From an uncultured Clostridia bacterium (GTDB lineage Bacteria; Bacillota; Clostridia; TANB77; CAG-465): a DNA stretch of 64,000 bases. A program made the translations under genes and the position numbers. The stretch is taken from assembly GCA_944388545.1 (NCBI GenBank), contig CALXJE010000022.1, positions 3,146 through 67,145 of the forward strand, read 5' to 3'. The notes beneath the pieces are model-generated. The model was not told the origin of the DNA and did not search any database. It saw nothing but the letters and a program-made list of their open reading frames with translations. Within the stretch, counting starts at the first letter, position 1, and each line of letters opens with the position of its first letter. This document shows, piece by piece, positions 48,685-58,168 of this stretch.

Positions 48685-49242
48685 ATGAGATATTATCTAT
48701 ACAGAGATATTGAATTAATAAAGGAAATATATTCTCAATTTATTGATTTAAAAATAGACTTAGATGTTATAGAAAGAATAGATGCCAAGACTTGCTTTGA
48801 AGAGGAAGGAATGTTTGCTGAACCAGAAACAAGATTATCAAATAAGTGCGATGCTAAAGTTAGAATAGGTGCAAGAAATACAAATAGTTCAAATGTAACT
48901 ACTATAAGTGAATACGCAAATATATCTGATGTTAAAGATATATATAATAAAAGATTTTACCACAATTTAATTGAAAATTTAGTTAATAAAAAAATTAAAT
49001 GTCAAGGCGTTTATGTGGAAAGTGGAAAAATGAATTGTATGAGAAGTGAACAGGATGGAATAGATAAGTTTGTAGAGATAAATGGTACATATATTTGGTT
49101 TGAGCAAGATAAATTAAACAATGATGTGAATATTTTATCTACTATAACAGATAAGATACAGGTAATTGGATGTGTAATAAAGGAAGAGGATAATATTTCA
49201 CCTAAAGTTATTAAAGCAATTGCTATGTATATTGATTCTTAA
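48685..49242 (+). CDS. Hypothetical protein
   Basis: 185-aa ORF with a GGGGAG RBS. No family recognised. Confidence 0.55.
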   Translation: MRYYLYRDIELIKEIYSQFIDLKIDLDVIERIDAKTCFEEEGMFAEPETRLSNKCDAKVRIGARNTNSSNVTTISEYANISDVKDIYNKRFYHNLIENLVNKKIKCQGVYVESGKMNCMRSEQDGIDKFVEINGTYIWFEQDKLNNDVNILSTITDKIQVIGCVIKEEDNISPKVIKAIAMYIDS

Positions 49243-49257
49243 ATACGGAGTGATTAA

Positions 49258-49635
49258 ATGAATAATACCAGACTTTTTTATATTGTTTTTATGTGTATGA
49301 GGGTAGTATTATATATTTTAATAGTTTATATGATATATAGATTACTTACAGGTAGCACTAGATTTATATGTAATTGGAATGAAAAATATGGAATATTATG
49401 TCCAAGCTGCGGAGCTACAAGAGCCACCTTGTTAATTATAAAAGGGCAATTTTTAGAAGCATTAAAATATAACACACTTTATGTAGTTACATTATTTCCA
49501 CTTTCTATTTTTCTTATAGTTGATGATATTATAATTATGTTTGCAAGACTTTTTAAAATTACTAAAAAAAGAACTTTAATAGAAATTCTTTTGGAAGTAG
49601 ATGGTGAGGTTAAATATGGCAAAGAACATATATAA
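49258..49635 (+). CDS. DUF2752-type membrane protein
   Basis: 125 aa with a CPSCGATRA motif between TM helices. Confidence 0.65.
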   Translation: MNNTRLFYIVFMCMRVVLYILIVYMIYRLLTGSTRFICNWNEKYGILCPSCGATRATLLIIKGQFLEALKYNTLYVVTLFPLSIFLIVDDIIIMFARLFKITKKRTLIEILLEVDGEVKYGKEHI

Positions 49636-49816
49636 TGGTATATTTATAGCAATAGGGGTATTGATAACAATTGGAATAATATATAATTTATTAACTATAC
49701 GAAAAGAAAAATTAAATAATAATATGATAAAAAGGAATATAACTATAGCAAGGATTTTTATAATTATTTTAATAGTTTTATATACTATATATGGTATTTT
49801 AAGAAATTATATATAA
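49616..49816 (+). CDS. Small two-TM membrane protein
   Basis: The ATG at 49616 follows GGTGAGG. Two hydrophobic helices. Confidence 0.4.
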   Translation: MAKNIYNGIFIAIGVLITIGIIYNLLTIRKEKLNNNMIKRNITIARIFIIILIVLYTIYGILRNYI

Positions 49817-49854
49817 AAAAGGAGATATTAACCATCTCCTTTTTTATTGTATAA

Positions 49855-50232
49855 TTAATTTATACTGCCTAATTCATCTGCAGCAGCTGCAAGGCCAGCC
49901 ATTGCTCCTAACCCAAGAATAACTAATAGAATATATACAGCAATAGCTATAATTCCAAGAACAAGTCCTGTAGTTGCCATTCCTTTTCCACCCTTTTTCT
50001 TTCCAATAACTGAGAAAATTATTGCAAGAATAGCACAAGGGAATGTTATCCACCAAACACAGCAGAAAACTAATGATATAATACCAAGAACCATAGATGC
50101 TATACTAAATCCTTTACTTTCAGTATTAGAAGAGTTAGTATAAGTATTAGCATTATTAACTGTTGTATTTGTTTGTATTGTTTCTTTATTTTCTTCTGTT
50201 ATTGGGTTATTGTTTTGTACCTCATTATCCAT
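49855..50232 (-). CDS. DUF4190-type membrane protein
   Basis: 125 aa with a polar N-terminus, then SIASMVLGIISLVFCC....AILAIIFSVIGKKKGG....GLVLGIIAIAV, typical of DUF4190. Confidence 0.65.
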   Translation of the reverse strand: MDNEVQNNNPITEENKETIQTNTTVNNANTYTNSSNTESKGFSIASMVLGIISLVFCCVWWITFPCAILAIIFSVIGKKKGGKGMATTGLVLGIIAIAVYILLVILGLGAMAGLAAAADELGSIN

Positions 50233-50403
50233 TTTAAGACCTCCTTAACATATTTTACATAGCAAGAATAACACAAATAACCTGCTAAGTCAATAATATA
50301 TAGTAAAAATAAGATAAAAAAATATGTATTAGGTTTGAATTTTGTTGCAATCGAATTATGAATTCACGAAATTATCTTATGTAAAATGAACAGAAGTAAA
50401 TCG

Positions 50404-50432
50404 TTGACAAAAACTGCAATTTGTAATATAAT
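50404..50432 (+). promoter_or_regulatory. Promoter of typA
   Basis: TTGACA, 17-nt spacer, TATAAT. Confidence 0.6.
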
Positions 50433-50473
50433 AATTAAGTTAGTAAGTTGAAAATAAGGAAAGAGGAATTTAA

Positions 50474-52288
50474 ATGAAAAACATAAGAAATGTTGCAATT
50501 ATAGCACACGTAGATCATGGAAAAACTACACTTGTAGATAGTTTATTAAAGCAAAGCGGAATATTTAGAGATAATGAGCAAGTATCAGAAAGAGTTATGG
50601 ATTCAGGTGATATAGAAAGAGAAAGAGGAATAACTATATTATCTAAGAATACTGCTATAGAATATGAAGGGGTTAAAATTAATATCGTTGATACACCAGG
50701 ACATGCAGATTTCGGTGGAGAGGTAGAAAGAGTTTTAAAAATGGTAGAAGGTGTTTTGCTGGTGGTAGATGCATTTGATGGTCCTATGCCACAAACTAGA
50801 TTTGTATTAAACAAAGCATTAGCTCTTAACTTAGTACCTATTGTAGTAATTAATAAAGTAGACAGACCTGGTGCAAGACCAGAAGCCGTACTAGATGAAG
50901 TATTAGAGTTGTTTTTAGAGTTAGATGCAACAGAAGAACAATTAGATTTTAAAGTAATATATGCCTCTGGAAAAAATAAATTTGCAAGAGTATCTCTAGA
51001 CGATACAAATTCTGATATGAAACCATTATTTGATGCAATAATAGATACTGTGCCAGAACCTACTGGAAGTGCAGAAGAACCATTACAATTATTAGTATCT
51101 AATATAGATTATGATGATTATACAGGAAGAATAGGTATAGGGAAGATAGAGCGAGGTGTTATAAATAACGGACAGCAAGTTGCTCTATGTAAAAAAGATG
51201 GTACAGTTTCAAATATTAAGATAGGAAAGCTATATACTTTTTCAGGGCTTAAGAGAATAGAGACGGATTCTGCTAGTTGTGGAGATATAGTTGCTGTTAC
51301 TGGTGTCGAAGGAATAAATATTGGAGAGACAATAGCTGATATAGAAAATCCAGAAGCAGTTGATTTTATTGATATTGACGAGCCTACTGTTTCAATGACA
51401 TTTAGTGTAAATAACGGACCATTTGCAGGAAAAGAAGGAAAGTTTATTACATCTAGACATTTAAGAGATAGACTATTTAAAGAATTAGAAACAAATGTAT
51501 CTTTAAGAGTAGAAGAAACTGATAGTCCTGATAGTTTTAAAGTATATGGTAGAGGAGAATTACATTTATCTATTCTTATAGAGAACATGAGAAGAGAAGG
51601 CTATGAACTTATGGTTTCTAAACCTACAGTTGTATATAAAACTATAAATAATATAAAATGTGAACCGATAGAAATAGCAACAATAGACGTTCCAGAAGAA
51701 TATATTGGTAGCGTAATGGAAAAGATGGGAAACAGAAAAGCAGAAATGATAAATATGACACCTTCTCCATCGCAAATTGGATATACAAGATTAGAATTTA
51801 AAATTCCAGCTAGAGGATTAATAGGATATAGAAATGAATTTCTAACGGATACAAAAGGAACGGGTATAATAAATCATATATTTGGTGGATATGAACCAGA
51901 TAAAGGTGAAGTTGTAACAAGATCAAGAGGAGTTGTTATTGCTTTTGAAAAAGGTAAATCTACTACTTACGGATTATTTAACGCACAAGAAAGAGCAACT
52001 TTATTTATAGGACCAGGTGTAGAAGTTTATGTGGGAATGATTGTTGGAGAAAATTCTAGAAGTGAAGATATGACTGTAAATGTTTGTAAAGAAAAACATT
52101 TAACTAATACTAGAGCGTCAGGAAGTGATGATGCATTAAAATTAGTACCATATAAACAACTTTCTTTAGAGCAAGCAATAGAATTTATAGCAGATGATGA
52201 GTTAGTAGAAGTTACACCAGAAAGTATAAGATTAAGAAAGAAAATATTAGATCCGACTGAAAGATTAAGAGCTTCAAGAAAAGCTTAA
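50474..52288 (+). CDS. typA: Translational GTPase TypA/BipA
   Basis: 604 aa with AHVDHGKTT, DTPGHADF and NKVD G motifs and EF-G-like domains. Confidence 0.95.
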   Translation: MKNIRNVAIIAHVDHGKTTLVDSLLKQSGIFRDNEQVSERVMDSGDIERERGITILSKNTAIEYEGVKINIVDTPGHADFGGEVERVLKMVEGVLLVVDAFDGPMPQTRFVLNKALALNLVPIVVINKVDRPGARPEAVLDEVLELFLELDATEEQLDFKVIYASGKNKFARVSLDDTNSDMKPLFDAIIDTVPEPTGSAEEPLQLLVSNIDYDDYTGRIGIGKIERGVINNGQQVALCKKDGTVSNIKIGKLYTFSGLKRIETDSASCGDIVAVTGVEGINIGETIADIENPEAVDFIDIDEPTVSMTFSVNNGPFAGKEGKFITSRHLRDRLFKELETNVSLRVEETDSPDSFKVYGRGELHLSILIENMRREGYELMVSKPTVVYKTINNIKCEPIEIATIDVPEEYIGSVMEKMGNRKAEMINMTPSPSQIGYTRLEFKIPARGLIGYRNEFLTDTKGTGIINHIFGGYEPDKGEVVTRSRGVVIAFEKGKSTTYGLFNAQERATLFIGPGVEVYVGMIVGENSRSEDMTVNVCKEKHLTNTRASGSDDALKLVPYKQLSLEQAIEFIADDELVEVTPESIRLRKKILDPTERLRASRKA

Positions 52289-52351
52289 TATAAATAATAT
52301 AAAACTTCTTTACATATAGATATAGTATATTTGTAAAGGAGTTTTTTATAT

Positions 52352-52597
52352 ATGGAGTGGTTTAATTGTACAGATCCAGAACAAATGCTTATAATTGCAG
52401 CTATAATTGCTATTGGAATTTCTAAAAATTTATCAATTGATGAAATAAATGGGATAGGTAATTTTCTTCAGCTCGTAGGAGGAAACCTTATAACAATAGC
52501 AACTCAAAGAGCATTAAATCAAGAATATTGTAGTCCGGAAAATAACCATAGTAATAAAGATATTGCAAATTCAGGAAGTGAAGAAATACTTGATTAA
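52352..52597 (+). CDS. Hypothetical small protein
   Basis: 81-aa ORF with an AAGGAG RBS and a central hydrophobic segment LIIAAIIAIGISK. Confidence 0.45.
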   Translation: MEWFNCTDPEQMLIIAAIIAIGISKNLSIDEINGIGNFLQLVGGNLITIATQRALNQEYCSPENNHSNKDIANSGSEEILD

Positions 52598-52774
52598 ATT
52601 CACAATACGTTCACTTAAAAGAGACAATGCAACCATAAAAACCAAGTAAAATATATAAAGTAAGAGATGTATATCATAATTTTATTATGCATTTTGCACA
52701 TATTACCGTATTATAGGTAGACATAAGAACTAAAAAAGTATATAATAGTTTAAAGTAAAGGGAGAGGATATAGA

Positions 52775-53452
52775 ATGTCTGATGTAAAAATATTAGTAGT
52801 AGATGATGAAAGTAGAATAAGAAAGTTGCTTAAGGATTTTTTAGGACAAAAAGGATATACAGTATTAGAAGCAGAAGATGGAAAAAAAGCAATAGAAGTA
52901 TTCGAACAAGAAGGTAGCAAATTAGATTTAATACTTTTAGACGTTATGATGCCTAATATGGACGGTTGGAGTACATTAAGAACAATTAGATATACCTCTA
53001 ATATACCAGTAATAATGCTAACAGCAAGGGGGGAAGAACATGATGAATTATTTGGGTTTGAGCTGGGAGTGGACGAGTATATAGCAAAACCTTTTAGTCC
53101 AAAAATATTAGTTGCAAGAGTAGAGGCTTTATTAAAACGTACTAAAACAGATATTGCAAAATATATAGAGTATCAAGGAATAAAAATAGATACAGAAGCA
53201 AGAACTGTAACTATAGAAGAAAAAAATATAGATTTTACTCTTATGGAGTTTGAACTTTTAAAATATATGATATTAAATGAGGGAATAGCCTTATCAAGAG
53301 ATAAAATTATTAACGATGTTTGGAAATATGATTATTATGGTGAAACTAGAACGATAGACAGTCATATTAAAAAACTTAGAAAAAAATTAGGTAAAAAAGG
53401 TAATTTAATTCAAACTATAAGAGGAGTAGGTTATAAATTTGGAGCGAAATAA
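52775..53452 (+). CDS. OmpR-family response regulator
   Basis: Receiver domain (ILVVDDE..., LLDVMMP, KPF) plus a winged-helix C-terminus (RGVGYKF). Confidence 0.9.
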   Translation: MSDVKILVVDDESRIRKLLKDFLGQKGYTVLEAEDGKKAIEVFEQEGSKLDLILLDVMMPNMDGWSTLRTIRYTSNIPVIMLTARGEEHDELFGFELGVDEYIAKPFSPKILVARVEALLKRTKTDIAKYIEYQGIKIDTEARTVTIEEKNIDFTLMEFELLKYMILNEGIALSRDKIINDVWKYDYYGETRTIDSHIKKLRKKLGKKGNLIQTIRGVGYKFGAK

Positions 53453-53454
53453 GT

Positions 53455-55008
53455 ATGAAAAAATCAATTAGTAATAAGTTATTTGTAACAATATCAGGAA
53501 CAATAATATTTATAATAGTTTTATATTTATTACTTAATACTTTCATATTGGATGATTATTATATTGGAAATAAAAAAGAAGAACTTGTTAAAGATTATAA
53601 AACTATAAATAGATATTATAATAAGGCAACGGATATTAGTGATGAAAAATTACAAATGGAATTGGAAAAAATAGGTGAAAATAAAAATGTAAATATCACT
53701 ATAGTTGATAGTGAAGGGAATTTAATATATAATTCTGGAAAGCCAATGGAGTTTAATAAAGAAAATGATACAGAACAAAGATTTTCATATAGGTTATCAC
53801 TTTCTGACTTAAATTATGCAATTGGTCAATTAGAAGCATTTGTAAACTACACCTTTAAAGAGGAGTTAGAGAGAAATACTAAATATGTAATAGATCTATA
53901 TTCATCAGATAAGTTAAATTCTGACTTTATAATACTTAATGCAACTTTAGATAATGGAAATATATTAACGTTAAGATCATCTGTAGAAACAATTGAGGAA
54001 AGTGCAAAAATATCAAATGAATTTTTATTGATAATTGGTGTTATATCAATTTTATTAGGAGGAGCTATTGCATTTGTAGTTTCTCAAGAATTTACTAAAC
54101 CAATACAAGAGTTAAGTAATATTTCACAAAGAATGGCTAATTTGGACTTTAGTAAAAAATATGTGGGAGAAACAGAAGATGAGCTTGGCATATTAGGTAG
54201 TAATATAAATGTACTATCCGAAAAACTAGAAGCTACTATTAGAGACCTTCAAGAGGCAAATATAGAACTAGAAAAAGATATAGAAAAGAAATCAAAAGTT
54301 GATGAAATGAGAAAGCAGTTCTTATCAGATGTATCTCATGAACTTAAGACACCTATAGCTTTAATACAAGGCTATGCAGAAGGGTTAGTTGAAAATGTTG
54401 CAGAAGATAAAGAAAGTAGAGACTATTACTGTGAAGTAATACTGGACGAAGCTGAAAAAATGGATAAACTAGTACAACAATTGTTAACATTGTCTAAAAT
54501 TGAGTATGGTAGTCAAGAACCCGACATGAAAGAGTTTAATATAGTTAAATTAGTAAATAGTGTCATTAAGAAAACAAAGGTAATGGCACAGGGCAAAAAT
54601 ATAAATGTTATATTAAAGAATAATCCTGATACTATAGTTATTGGTGATGAATTCATGATAGATCAAGTATTAACAAATTATATGACTAATGCAATTAAAC
54701 ACGTAGATGAAAAAAATATAATTGAGGTTACTGTTGAAAATGTTGCAGAAGATAATAAAGTAAGAGTTACAGTATTTAATACAGGTATTCAAATTCCAGA
54801 AGATAAATTAAACAAATTATGGGATAGATTCTATAAACTAGATAAATCACGAAATAGAGAAGATGGAGGAACTGGAATAGGATTAGCACTAGTAAAAGCT
54901 ATTATTATTAAGCATAATAATAAATATGGTGTAGAAAACGTTGAAAATGGTATAAAATTTTATTTTGAACTTGATGTATCAAAAAATAATAAATTAATTA
55001 CTGAATAA
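53455..55008 (+). CDS. Sensor histidine kinase (2 TM, HAMP, HisKA, HATPase_c)
   Basis: H-box FLSDVSHELKTP, N-box NYMTNAIKH and G-box GGTGIGLALV. Adjacent to the response regulator. Confidence 0.9.
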   Translation: MKKSISNKLFVTISGTIIFIIVLYLLLNTFILDDYYIGNKKEELVKDYKTINRYYNKATDISDEKLQMELEKIGENKNVNITIVDSEGNLIYNSGKPMEFNKENDTEQRFSYRLSLSDLNYAIGQLEAFVNYTFKEELERNTKYVIDLYSSDKLNSDFIILNATLDNGNILTLRSSVETIEESAKISNEFLLIIGVISILLGGAIAFVVSQEFTKPIQELSNISQRMANLDFSKKYVGETEDELGILGSNINVLSEKLEATIRDLQEANIELEKDIEKKSKVDEMRKQFLSDVSHELKTPIALIQGYAEGLVENVAEDKESRDYYCEVILDEAEKMDKLVQQLLTLSKIEYGSQEPDMKEFNIVKLVNSVIKKTKVMAQGKNINVILKNNPDTIVIGDEFMIDQVLTNYMTNAIKHVDEKNIIEVTVENVAEDNKVRVTVFNTGIQIPEDKLNKLWDRFYKLDKSRNREDGGTGIGLALVKAIIIKHNNKYGVENVENGIKFYFELDVSKNNKLITE

Positions 55009-55293
55009 ACATATCTTGTTCATAAAAAATTCATAAAACTAGTATATAATTACAAACATAAGAAGGGAGGGCGATATAGATAGAAAAATATCATTTAACA
55101 AGACTTATATAAGGTACCTCAGATTTAAGATCTTGTTTTCAACTTAAAATATATCCCAATAGACACATAATAAATTAAAATATAATTAAGCATTTAGGTG
55201 TTTGCCTAAATGCTTGTTTTATTGTAAAATAAATGATATAATGTTCAGGAATAATTTGAAAATCCAAAATTAATATTAAGGAGGCTATTTAAA

Positions 55294-55905
55294 ATGAAGA
55301 TTATTGTGATCGGAGCAAATAATTCAGGGAAGGGAACCATAGTAAAACTGTTATCTAAAAAAATTGGATTTGAAGTTATCGGGTGTAGTAACGAATTAGA
55401 GAAAAACGGGTTAAATATCAAAACTGGAAGATTACTTCCAGACCATGATGTAAACAATGTAATGAAAAAACATTTGCTTGGGAAAGACAATTTCATTCTA
55501 GAGGGGTATCCTAGAACTCTTATTCAGAATCAATTTATGATAGAAAACTTATTTATTCCAGATATTATTATAGCCTTAAATATATCTGAAGAGGAAGTAT
55601 TAAGTAGAGCTGTGGGTAGAAGAGTTTGCACAAATTGTAAAGAAATATACAACTTAAACGGATTTAAAGTGCCTAAAATCGAAAATATTTGTGATAAATG
55701 TGGTTCAAAATTGGAACATCGAAAAGACGATACCAAAGAGGCAGTGAGCACAAGGTACTTTGAATATGTAGAAATGACGGAGCCGATAATTAATTATTAT
55801 AGAAGTGAAACCTTAAAAACTATAGTTTGGGATTTTGATGCAACAGAAAAATGTGAAGATATAGCAGAAGCTATATCAGATTATATAAAATACATAACAT
55901 CTTAG
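55294..55905 (+). CDS. Divergent adenylate kinase-like protein with zinc-lid motif
   Basis: 203 aa with P-loop GANNSGKGT (canonical is G.PGAGKGT), EGYPRT, lid CTNCKEIYNL...CDKCGSKLEHRKDD and a shortened NMP-binding region. AAGGAGG RBS. Confidence 0.7.
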   Translation: MKIIVIGANNSGKGTIVKLLSKKIGFEVIGCSNELEKNGLNIKTGRLLPDHDVNNVMKKHLLGKDNFILEGYPRTLIQNQFMIENLFIPDIIIALNISEEEVLSRAVGRRVCTNCKEIYNLNGFKVPKIENICDKCGSKLEHRKDDTKEAVSTRYFEYVEMTEPIINYYRSETLKTIVWDFDATEKCEDIAEAISDYIKYITS

Positions 55906-55912
55906 TATTAAT

Positions 55913-55950
55913 AAATAGGAGAGATAAAGTAAAATTTATCTCTCCTATTT
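55913..55950. terminator. Bidirectional terminator between the convergent adk-like and dut genes
   Basis: AAATAGGAGAGATAAA / TTTATCTCTCCTATTT 16-bp perfect hairpin. Confidence 0.85.
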
Positions 55951-56424
55951 ATCTGTACTGCCAAAACCACCTAAACGTGTTCCAGTTGAAATATCATTAT
56001 CTATAGTTAAGAACTTTTGGAATACTACTTGAGCAATACGTTCACCTTTTTTTACAATTATATCTTCATTTGAAAAATTGTACATACTTACCAATATTTC
56101 GCCATCGTTACTAGGATTTGAATAATAGTCACATTCAAATACACCTACACTGTTTGCGGTAACTAGCCCTCTTTTAGAAGGTCCACTAGATCTATTGAAT
56201 AAATACATTACTTCATCTGTCTCAAAAAAGGCCTTAATACCCGTTTTTATAAGAGTAGGTTTATTTAAAATTTCAGAATTATTATTTGCTAATTTAAATA
56301 ATGAGGGTATTAAAGTGTCCTCAGCAGCTTCTATATCATAACCTACAGAATGAGTTGTTTGTCTTTTTGGTAAATTGATATTTTTATCTTCATAACCCTT
56401 ACAAATTTCAAATCCTCTAGCCAT
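55945..56424 (-). CDS. dut: dUTP diphosphatase
   Basis: 159 aa with NRSSG, GVFECDYY, GERIAQ and RLGGFGSTDK motifs. Confidence 0.8.
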   Translation of the reverse strand: MARGFEICKGYEDKNINLPKRQTTHSVGYDIEAAEDTLIPSLFKLANNNSEILNKPTLIKTGIKAFFETDEVMYLFNRSSGPSKRGLVTANSVGVFECDYYSNPSNDGEILVSMYNFSNEDIIVKKGERIAQVVFQKFLTIDNDISTGTRLGGFGSTDK

Positions 56425-56439
56425 AAATTACCTCCATTA

Positions 56440-57327
56440 CTATTTTATATTTCTAAGTGCATTTATTCTGTTTTGAATGCTTGGGTGAGTAGAGAATAAA
56501 TTATCTTTATTTCTCTTTTGCTTAAATGGGTTTATGATATATAAATGCGCTGTTGATTTATTTGCAGTTTTTAAAACTGAAGGATCTTCAGATATTTTAA
56601 TTAATGCATTAATAAGACCATCAGGGTTTCTAGTTATTTCAACAGCCGATGAATCGGCTAAGTATTCTCTTTTTCTAGATATTGCAAGTTGCATTAATGT
56701 AGCAAATATAGGTGAAAGAATAAGGAACACTATTGATATAAGTGCAAGAATTGCATTTCCACCTTTATTATCGTTATTGCTTCTTGAACCTCCGAAAAAG
56801 AACCATCTAGAGAAAAAGTCTGATAATATAACAACAAGCCCTACAAATACAGAAACAATAGTAGAAAGTAGAATATCATAGTTTTTTATATGTGATAATT
56901 CGTGGGCTATGACGCCCTCAAGTTCATATTTATCTAGCTTTTCTATAATTCCAGTAGTCAAACATATTACAGCGTTTTCAGGATTTCTACCTGTCGCAAA
57001 AGCATTAGCAGCATTATCTGCAATTATATATAGTTTAGGCTTAGGCAATCCAGATGCTATACATAAATTTTCTAATATAGTATCAACAAGTAAGTCTTGC
57101 TCAGGAGTTGCTGGTCTTGCACCATTTAATGCCAAAACCATTTTATCACAATTATAATATGATATAAGAGCAGGAATTATAGAAAAAGTAAGAGCAAAAA
57201 CAATTGAGAAAATACCTAAATCAAAATACATACATATTGCATATACTCCTACCATTACTACTATTATAAAAATAGAAACTATAAAAAATGATGAAATTTT
57301 GTTTTTTCTTACTTCTTCTAAAATCAT
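56440..57327 (-). CDS. htpX: Zinc metalloprotease HtpX (M48)
   Basis: 295 aa with four TM helices and a HELSHIKNYD HExxH motif. Confidence 0.9.
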   Translation of the reverse strand: MILEEVRKNKISSFFIVSIFIIVVMVGVYAICMYFDLGIFSIVFALTFSIIPALISYYNCDKMVLALNGARPATPEQDLLVDTILENLCIASGLPKPKLYIIADNAANAFATGRNPENAVICLTTGIIEKLDKYELEGVIAHELSHIKNYDILLSTIVSVFVGLVVILSDFFSRWFFFGGSRSNNDNKGGNAILALISIVFLILSPIFATLMQLAISRKREYLADSSAVEITRNPDGLINALIKISEDPSVLKTANKSTAHLYIINPFKQKRNKDNLFSTHPSIQNRINALRNIK

Positions 57328-57343
57328 AAATTATTCTCCTAAA

Positions 57344-57895
57344 TTAAAATTGAACTTTAACAGGTTCTTTTTCTTCTTCAGAATTAACTTTGAAAAATTC
57401 TTCTTCCTTAAATCCAAACATTCCTGAAAGCAAATTATTAGGGAACACAGCAATAGATTCATTGTATTTTTGAACAGTGTCATTATAGAATTGTCTAGCG
57501 AAAGCTATTTTATCTTCTGTGCCGGTAAGTTCAATTTGTAATGAGTTAAAATTTTCGTTTGCTTTAAGATCTGGATAAGCTTCTGCTAAAGCAAATATTG
57601 ATTTAAGACAATTAGAAAGTTCATTACTTGCAATAGCGGCATCATTTACAGATCCTCCGCTAACATATTTATTTCTTGCTTCTATTACTTTTTCTAAAGT
57701 GCCTTCTTCATGTTTAGCATAACCTTTCACAGTTTCTACTAAGTTTGGGATTAAGTCAAATCTTCTTTTTAATTGAGTGTCTATTTGAGCCCATGCATTT
57801 TTAACACGTAGTCTTAAAGACACTAATTTGTTGTAAATTCCTATTACAAAAAGAATTAGAATAACAACGATAACTAAAATAATCCAACCAATCAT
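57344..57895 (-). CDS. lemA: LemA family protein
   Basis: 183 aa with an N-terminal TM and NAWAQIDTQLKRRFDLIPNLVE, typical of LemA. Upstream of htpX, as is common. Confidence 0.9.
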   Translation of the reverse strand: MIGWIILVIVVILILFVIGIYNKLVSLRLRVKNAWAQIDTQLKRRFDLIPNLVETVKGYAKHEEGTLEKVIEARNKYVSGGSVNDAAIASNELSNCLKSIFALAEAYPDLKANENFNSLQIELTGTEDKIAFARQFYNDTVQKYNESIAVFPNNLLSGMFGFKEEEFFKVNSEEEKEPVKVQF

Positions 57896-58168
57896 TTAAT
57901 AACCTCCTTAACTATTTAAAATATAATATATTTTACCATTAAATAGAGTGGATTACAATATATTTGTTACAATATACTGTAATATAAACTTAATAAATAA
58001 GAATATATATAATACATATATTATATAAATGTAATATAGAGTATTTATGCCTTAAAACAGGACAATACTATTGTAAAACATATTTATAAAATGTCGAACT
58101 GATTTGACAAAGAAAAAACAGTATAGTATAATAGTAGCATCACGATATAATCGTAAGGAGGAATATTT

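Noticed and set aside
49874-50056. Alternative-frame minus ORF inside the DUF4190 gene
   Set aside because: It is embedded in a better-supported frame that has the typical DUF4190 hydrophobic pattern and an RBS.
55063-55071. Strong SD-like AAGGGAGGG in the 285-nt spacer after the histidine kinase gene
   Set aside because: No ATG, GTG or TTG lies at suitable spacing, and the nearby hairpins (about 55097-55137, 55190-55220) look like terminators. Evidence for a small ORF or sRNA is insufficient.
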